Source: Girardia tigrina (Eukaryota). Taken from it: a stretch of DNA of 52,972 nucleotides. Below the pieces are notes generated by a model that worked only from the letters and a program-made list of their open reading frames with translations, ran no database searches and was not told the DNA's origin. Positions 47,901 through 52,972 of the stretch are shown here, piece after piece; within the stretch, counting starts at the first letter, position 1; every line of letters begins with the position of its first letter. The stretch is from contig MQRK01249777.1 of NCBI GenBank assembly GCA_001938485.1, positions 1-52,972 of the forward strand, written 5' to 3'. Both the position numbers and the translations under genes were made by a program.

Positions 47901-50900
47901 TCAATTCTATAATTTGCCCACAAATTTTTAAATACTAAGCTTCACCAATATAAATTATAAGTAATTATAAAATTAAAATGCTAAAATTTTTTAACAGTTA
48001 CCGGTTCTAATTACGCGGATGGCCCAAAGGCAGCTATATCACAAAAAGTGTTTAAAATTTGCATATTCCGGGTTTAATGCATTTCATATATTCACACAAA
48101 TAACTGCCCAATAGCTCCCTGTGAGTTCCAAACTGACGTATATTCCTTTCTTTACTTTTGACCACATTGATTCAACTGTTTGAGTGTGTGCACCAGTTAC
48201 TGGATCAATGAAGTTTCTGGAATGATTTACCGTAATATGATTATTGCCGAGATCTTGAATTCCATTATACAAGGGCCATAAATATGAACAAATAGTACTA
48301 CCAGTAATAATAAATTGTTGAATGACGTTAGTAAGGGTTAAGACAGATCGATCGTGGACAGCTTATAGGAAACATTTACTGGTTTCCCTACAAATTCGTA
48401 CAAACACCCATTGAGCGGGGAAGATACGACCAACGTTATTTTTTCGTTTTGAAAACTGACTTTCATCAATTTCAACTGTCAAACTAGGTCCCCCCATGCG
48501 TGTAGAATTTTGCAATAATTTTCAAGCACACACCTATCTGAGGTAATTCTTCCAATTCACCACTCTCTGATGACTGATTTGTAACTCCCTTTCACGAAAT
48601 TCGATAGAAGTCATTTCGTATGGCCAGCATTAAATAAAAAGAAGACTATCTTTAAAAGGAATATTATTATTCTTCAACTACTTTCGTTTTCGAAACTGAT
48701 ATCTTCACGGCAAGCTCTAACAATGTATGTCCACTGATCTCGTGAATCACTTAATTTGATTAAAATAGCATGACCGTTAAGACACCTTTTATCATTTGGT
48801 CAAATTCCATGTTGTTGGTAGAAAGCAACTGCCTAAGTCTTACCTGGAATAAGTCTGTCTAATTCTAATAAGCGCAAATTTAATATAATTAATTGACTAC
48901 ACTTGAATATAATTTATATAATTAATTAATTAAAGTTTAGTATATAAAAATTGGTTGGCAAATAGTGGGAAAGAGCCGAAAATATTTGTTCCCATTTCTA
49001 TCACACATTCCAGTCTGCTTTGATGCTGTAGAGTAATTCTGATTGTTTTCTTTAATTTTCAGTCTATATCAACATTAATAGTCAATCATAATAATAAAGT
49101 TTAATTAACTTTATTAAAGTATCAAAATGGTAGGTTAAAAATGAAATCAATTGAAGTTTCAAACATAATACATTTAATATTTAGTTACTTTATTTCTTTT
49201 TGCTAAGAGTTTTAGGATCTGGGAGTTCTTAATTTCAATAGAATGAAACAAAAGAGTCGCTGTACTTCATGCATCAAATCTTAACCCTCAGAGTACGGAG
49301 TGGGGGAATTTAGATCCCCCAAGATTAATTTTTTTAACTTCGTAAAAATAAATGCTGTAAATTTAATTAAATAATCGTTTTTTAATTGACTAACAGTTTT
49401 TATAATATTTTATAATTTTTATATGCCAACTTATAAACAAACCAAAACAATTTTTGAGTTGGGCATTTTAGTGACCCCACTCCGTCATTTATGTTATAAA
49501 ATAGACTTCGTACTCTAAAGGTTAAACATACTGCTTCTCTTAGATACCTTTTCAATGAATAGGTTGAAAATGAGTAACAGTATCATATAATATTATCATA
49601 GTGTTAGGTTACAAAATAGAATGAATTGAAAAGAAAATAACATTTTATTGAAACGTATTTTATTATTTTAATGGGATGAATAAAGTCTTATTTTCCACGA
49701 TGATGATTTTATGATAATGTGTTTTTATTTTGTTTTTCAAATTTGTTTATTTAACGAATAACTTCAAATGGTATAGTCATTGTCAAAACGATTTGAGCAT
49801 ATTTTGTGGTACTTGAATACATGTTTAGTTGGTTTTATCATCTCCAGATATAGAAATATGGTTGAAGGAGTCTTCAATAAAATTGAAAAAGGGAAAAGAA
49901 TTAACTAAATAAGTAAACCCTTTGTCAAATTTATTGTTCATGCAATACGATAAAAAATAGTAATAAAAAATTGTATGGGATGAAATATTTCAGAGGTACG
50001 CAAACTTTTTAAGTCGTGCCCCCATTTCAATATAATTATTTTTGGCGCCCCAACTTAATAAAAAATCATAATGTCACTATAAAAACTTCATAAATAACAA
50101 AAATACCTTTTCAATAACAAAATGTATTTTTTTCTGTTTCTTGTAAATTAAATATTACGAAAACAACAGTTCTTTAGCAAAAACAAAGAAACATTAGCAA
50201 GATTTATTTTTAATTCTTTATATTTCAATAAATAGTTTTCAATGAATACATAATTATGAAGATTAAATGAGTTGGATGAGCCTGAGATTGTTCGGTTGAA
50301 ACATCCATTTTGGGGTAAATATTTTGAGATTGCTACTCTTAGTTCATCTTCGCCATTCAAATGCGAGCAAAATTTATTTTTTTAAAATTTCATCGCAAAC
50401 TTTATTTTAATAGAATAAAACATTATTTAAACATCCACAATAACCCTATACATAATCTGTTATTGTACAAATGCCACTACCATTTCTTAGCTGCTTTTTG
50501 TCGTTGTTATTTAATGACTACTATTTCGCCATTGTGATATCTGTCTGCTAAAGTTATTTTTAATTAACAACTACAAAATACCAGAATACCAAATAGCATA
50601 TCCCTAATGAATATGCATAATTGCTTTTTGAATTTGTAAGTATATTTGCTTTGAAATTTTATTCTTTATAATTGTTCTATATCAAGAACGTTAATTATGG
50701 AATTAGATGATAGAATTACTTGAATTGATAAAAACAAAAAAAATATTCAAAGAAACAACAAAACTTTGATATTAAATTTTGGCAATTTAAAAATTTTTGG
50801 CGCCCTCAGATTATTATCACGCGCCCCAATATGGGGGCTCGCCCCCTAGTTTGCGCACCTTTTAAATATTTCTAGAATATTTTTCTTCTTTGTCATACTT

Positions 50901-51758
50901 TGGACAAAAATTTGGTTTTGGTCAGTTTGAATTTTAAAATAAATGTTTCTTATCTATGGTGAAATGGATGAAAAATTATGGATTCTTGGAATTGCCGTTT
51001 CTATTTGATTTCGAAATTTATATCCACAATCTTCAAATTTTATTCTGAATGAATATATTCTTTTTATTTTTTAAATCCTCTTTATTAATCTTGTCGTCAA
51101 CTTATATTTTTAGTTAGTTTTTTCTTAAAACTAAAAATATATTATTTTAAAATTTTAATGTAAGTTTAGAAACCATACATGACAATAGGTACTTTAAGAG
51201 ATCAGATAATATATCCTAACTCATTACAAACGAATAAAACAGAAGAATTGGATAAAAGTTTATGTAAAATAATGGCTAAAGTAAGTTATTTTTGCCTATA
51301 TTATTTGTTCCAGTTGACAATTTTGAAAGGTTGAATTGGAATATATTGTGGCACGAGAAGGAGGTTGGGATTCTATCAGAGTAGATTAACGATTATATCC
51401 AATATTTTTCATCAATTTACTCCATTAAGGATTGGAATGAGGTTCTTAGTGGTGGAGAAAAACAAAGAATAGCAATGGCTAGGTTATTTTTCCACAAACC
51501 TCAGTTCGCTATTCTAGATGAATGCACTAGTGCAGTTAGCGTTGATGTAGAGGGAATACTGTATGGATATTGTCGTGAAATTGGTATCACACTATTTACG
51601 GTCTCCCACAGAAAATCATTGTGGAAATATCACGAGGTTTGAGTGCTTCCCAATTATATAAAAAGATAAATTTAATTTAGTTTTATCTTCATATGGACGG
51701 CAAGGGTAAATATAATTTTAAACCCATATCGGAAGATGTTGAAGTTTTTGGATCCTAA
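15464..51758 (+). CDS. ABCD3: Peroxisomal ABC transporter subfamily D (ABCD3/PMP70-like); 16 resolved coding exons, N-terminus missing
   Basis: Exons are in consistent phase with GT-AG introns: 15464-15552, 15596-15692, 18394-18464, 21831-21954, 22000-22056, 22102-22314, 25197-25266, 27262-27540, 31368-31428, 31477-31540, 31584-31661, 43344-43409, 51170-51280, 51330-51380, 51430-51636, 51681-51758. Motifs: NSEEIAFY (EAA loop), Walker [17 protein letters not shown], Walker [17 protein letters not shown], and the C-terminal ...VFGS*. Confidence 0.93.
18040..18222 (+). mobile_element. Penelope-like element 3' fragment (same family as 24090-25110)
   Basis: [27 protein letters not shown], and downstream DNA closely matching the reverse complement of 24186-24385. 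Confidence 0.8.
19081..19630 (-). mobile_element. Diverged LTR related to the TGTGAGGAAT solo-LTR family
   Basis: The minus strand starts TGTGAGGAATATTT like 21170 and 32412, and ends AATAAAT...TCAAATGT...ACA. No TSD was found. Confidence 0.45.
19773..20957 (-). mobile_element. mariner element (mauritiana/Mos1-like TIRs), interior is an assembly gap
   Basis: Perfect TIRs TTAGGTGTACAAGTATGAAATGCGGATT with TA flanks. The transposase C-terminus [12 protein letters not shown] is on the minus strand. Confidence 0.9.
21170..21640 (+). mobile_element. Solo LTR (TGT...ACA) with 5-bp TSD ACTAT
   Basis: ACTAT|TGTGAGG...TTAACA|ACTAT; homologous to 32412-32873. Confidence 0.9.
22411..22908. mobile_element. 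Copy of (TA)n-containing dispersed repeat family
   Basis: TTCCATTCTTTTTATTAGCTTAC-(TA)n-GGAATTTAGAAACC...AGAATGGAATAAAA...TTTACTAG. Confidence 0.75.
24090..25110 (-). mobile_element. Penelope-like retroelement (RT C-terminus + GIY-YIG endonuclease + pLTR), frameshifted
   Basis: [18 protein letters not shown]; [13 protein letters not shown]; [29 protein letters not shown]. Confidence 0.92.
24101..24139 (-). ncRNA. Minimal type I hammerhead ribozyme in Penelope pLTR
   Basis: Minus strand GTT-CTGACGA-T-GACGG-TTAAA-CTGTC-GAAA-TTAA-TA-AAC. It has a CUGANGA core, a 5-bp stem II, GAAA, a palindromic ATTAAT stem III, a UA cleavage site and a 3-bp GTT/AAC stem I. Confidence 0.72.
25952..26157. mobile_element. 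pogo/Tigger-type MITE
   Basis: Imperfect TIRs CCGTGTTTTTCCATGTATAAG / CTATACACGGAAAAATACGG followed by TA. Confidence 0.7.
26222..26605. mobile_element. Copy of (TA)n-containing dispersed repeat family
   Basis: Same core and ends as 22411 and 38858. Confidence 0.75.
27900..28260 (+). mobile_element. Degenerate N-terminal remnant of a Tc1/mariner (rosa-like) transposase
   Basis: KLAPNSRTI...[21 protein letters not shown]...VQKLTKD, an HTH-linker-like pattern. Confidence 0.4.
28632..30292 (+). mobile_element. Tc1/IS630-like DD34E transposon with long TIRs built of 22-bp tandem repeats; transposase pseudogene 28950-30081
   Basis: [12 protein letters not shown] and [12 protein letters not shown] (34-residue spacing after repairing one frameshift). 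TIRs are about 145-165 bp, CAGGGGTTTTCATTTTTATAAAGCCC..., with TA flanks. Stops and frameshifts are present. Confidence 0.9.
30560..31020 (+). mobile_element. Degenerate MULE transposase C-terminus (SWIM finger)
   Basis: NWKTFDKFK...[15 protein letters not shown]...[28 protein letters not shown]. Confidence 0.7.
31928..33306 (+). mobile_element. pogo/Tigger-family transposon (Brinker DBD + CENP-B HTH), internally deleted, interrupted by a solo LTR
   Basis: TA|CCGTAAATTCCGGACTATAAGCCGCAC ... GTGCGGCTTATAATACGG|TA. The [18 protein letters not shown]... continues across the LTR (SIRL|[10 protein letters not shown]) to IFNMDEV, then is truncated. Confidence 0.9.
32412..32873 (+). mobile_element. 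Solo LTR with 5-bp TSD CGGCT inserted in the pogo ORF
   Basis: CGGCT|TGTGAGG...TTAACA|CGGCT; removing it restores the pogo frame. Confidence 0.92.
33800..34950 (+). mobile_element. Degenerate Gypsy remnant (integrase)
   Basis: SCPICQISK...[14 protein letters not shown]...GIIDKFSR...[11 protein letters not shown]...[16 protein letters not shown]. Confidence 0.8.
34958..36650. mobile_element. Reverse-oriented copy of the (TA)n repeat family, split by a Tc1/mariner insertion
   Basis: The core is at 34958-35322 and the end (AAGTAGACTAATAAAAAGAATGGAA) is at 36611-36650. Confidence 0.75.
35323..36610 (-). mobile_element. Tc1/mariner (maT/rosa-like) element inserted in (TA)n; interior is a gap
   Basis: About 50-bp perfect TIRs CAGGGTGTCCCAAAAATATGTATACAC...; minus-strand C-terminus [45 protein letters not shown]. 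Confidence 0.88.
36775..37860 (+). mobile_element. Degenerate MULE transposon (FLYWCH-like + DDE) with GACACTTGATCC subterminal repeats
   Basis: [15 protein letters not shown]; [15 protein letters not shown]; [10 protein letters not shown]...VTDCYFH; about 6 tandem 17-20-bp repeats at 36775-36905. Confidence 0.8.
38858..39381. mobile_element. Copy of (TA)n-containing dispersed repeat family (gap in microsatellite)
   Basis: Same core and ends as other copies, plus an internal TTTATAAGT tandem. Confidence 0.75.
39520..43106 (-). CDS. Secreted four-domain C-type lectin (EPN, EPN, EPN, degenerate), paralog 2, nested antisense in an ABCD3 intron
   Basis: ATG at 43106 ([23 protein letters not shown]) and the same exon layout as 4298-7002. 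[12 protein letters not shown] and FWNDV motifs occur three times. Stop TGA at 39520-39522. Confidence 0.92.
41009..41229. mobile_element. piggyBac-type MITE with internal palindromic repeats, in a lectin intron
   Basis: TTAA flanks; TIRs CACATTGAATGCTG / CAGCAGTCAATGTG; GTACGAGATATCTCGTAC palindrome x3. Confidence 0.8.
43130..43235 (-). promoter_or_regulatory. Putative lectin proximal promoter conserved between paralogs
   Basis: Alignable with 7030-7125 (TATAAATATTTTTAT.GTTGA, ACAGTTGTTA, AATCTGA). Confidence 0.5.
44528..45370 (-). mobile_element. Non-autonomous Helitron
   Basis: Minus strand A|TCGTTATATATAAC... ends with the hairpin GGCGGC-TT-GCCGCC about 10 nt before CTAG|T (AT target, no TSD). 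Confidence 0.78.
45567..47142 (+). mobile_element. rosa/DD41D-like Tc1/mariner element with about 180-bp TIRs; transposase pseudogene 45794-46927
   Basis: TA|CAGGGTGACGCAAAATAAACTC...GAGTTTATTTTGCGTCACCCTG|TA; [34 protein letters not shown]; stops and frameshifts. Confidence 0.92.
47757..47870 (+). repeat. (GGAGTC)n subterminal repeat array, probable hAT end
   Basis: TAGGGCTGCGGAGTCGGAGTCGGAGTC... plus inverted GACTCCGAC. Confidence 0.55.
48020..48885 (-). mobile_element. Degenerate Merlin (IS1595/ISXO2-like) transposase
   Basis: [32 protein letters not shown]...[30 protein letters not shown]. Confidence 0.9.
49285..49521. mobile_element. piggyBac-type MITE
   Basis: TTAA flanks; TIRs CCCTCAGAGTACGGAGT / ACTTCGTACTCTAAAGG. 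Confidence 0.78.
49991..50863. mobile_element. hAT-type non-autonomous element with 8-bp TSD AAATATTT
   Basis: TIRs CAGAGGTACGCAAACT / AGTTTGCGCACCTTTT; GCGCCCC subterminal motifs. Confidence 0.75.
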
Positions 51759-51898
51759 TATTTTTTGATTTATAGTTTATTAACTTTTAGAATTTTAAAA
51801 TTAGTTTTTGATTCTTTTAATAAAATAAACTCAGTCGCATAATGTACTTTATTTTTGTTTATTTAATTGAAATTATTTTTCAAAATATGATCCTGGAT

Positions 51899-52557
51899 TT
51901 AAGAAGCGGTAATGGATAAAGAGTTATCATCATCATCTTCTTCGGTACTTTCTTGCATCAGTACCGCTATGTCATTTCGGTTGATTTCCAACAAAGCCTG
52001 TCTTAATATTTCTGGCTAGTAAAACATTGGAAATAAAATTATCAGAATGTATATATGTATATCACTTTATCGTCCTTAAGTTCTAATCCTTTGAGCCAAA
52101 ATAATAACATTTGAATAGCTATTTTGCTTGGCTGACTACCTGGATTATGATGTTTTAGAGACTGTAAACGAGATTCTGAAATTTTAAGAGCTGCACCAAG
52201 TTCTTTCCAAGATACACCGATACTTTGAGCAATGCGGGTGAGGAGACCCATATAATCCTCTGAAAATTAATAAGTTATTTTGTTTACCGTACTAAAATAA
52301 TACCCAGTATATTTCTGTTAAACGGAGTACTTCTTAACGGTTTATGGGCTGTTAATCTTTTTTTTGGAATAGATATTAATAACTGACATATTGTAACTTC
52401 TTCTTCGACCATTTGGTATTGCACTAGACCTTTTCTAGCCTTTTTATCAGTAGATTCTATTTGTTTCTTTACCAGTTTGTTAGTGATCACCATAATGTAT
52501 CCTCTGTAATGGTCAATTGCTCTTTGTGCATAAGGATCGATTGCTTTGGTTTGAAAC
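51899..52557 (-). CDS. 3' exons of a death-domain protein (DTHD1-like, UPA C-terminus + death domain); 5' part unresolved or outside the window
   Basis: Exons at about 52557-52306 (FQTKAIDPYAQRAIDHYRGYIMV...TICQLLISIPKK), about 52259-52065 (LLTRIAQSIGVSWKELGAALKISESRLQSLK...QMLLFWLK) and 52015-51899 (PEILRQALLEINRNDIAVLM...*). The pattern recalls the DTHD1 C-terminus. Confidence 0.75.
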
Positions 52558-52972
52558 TTAATAAGACTTATTTATATTTCATGTAATATCGTTACAGTTT
52601 TAAGCATGAAATCATAGATAAAATAATTATTATTTTAAATAGTTTTACATAATCAACTAAATCATTACAGTTCTTTACATCTTGTTATTTTGATATCTAT
52701 TTAAAAAATACATGAAGGTACAAGGGGATCTAACAAAATTGTTACATCAACTTTATGAGGGGTTAATTTAAATTTTTATCTCGCCTGAATAGTTTATTAT
52801 TTTTTAATTTAAAGGGTAAAATATTTTTATGTTAATTTGCTTATTAAATATTTTTAAAAATTATATAATAAAAGAAAATCATAAAAATAAAATATTTATT
52901 TAAAAATAAAAAATATCTTTAATGTATCTATTAAATATCTTAAAATTAAAAATGTCAAGAAAACAAAAATAT

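Overview
AT-rich eukaryotic (invertebrate-like) draft-assembly window with five N gaps and minimal introns of about 41-60 nt. It is dominated by a multi-exon peroxisomal ABC transporter gene (ABCD3/PMP70-like, + strand, 15464-51758; the N-terminal exons were not resolved). Its large introns hold many transposons (mariner, Tc1/IS630, rosa/DD41D-like, pogo, MULE, Merlin, hAT and piggyBac MITEs, Helitron, Penelope, Gypsy, solo LTRs) and a nested antisense gene for a secreted four-domain C-type lectin (39520-43106). A paralogous four-domain lectin lies upstream (4298-7002). A DTHD1-like death-domain gene ends tail-to-tail with ABCD3. The least explained parts are: a convergent pair of intronless orphan ORFs (1331-2969) that are distant paralogs sharing a CxCH...E-x-P-x-F...I-x-I-P-x-x-E...K-Y motif; a GC-rich Gypsy element whose primer-binding position is complementary to the 5' end, not the 3' end, of a tRNA; minimal hammerhead ribozymes in Penelope remnants; and a gene-conversion mosaic between the two lectin paralogs. 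All family assignments come from manual translation and recalled motifs, not database searches.
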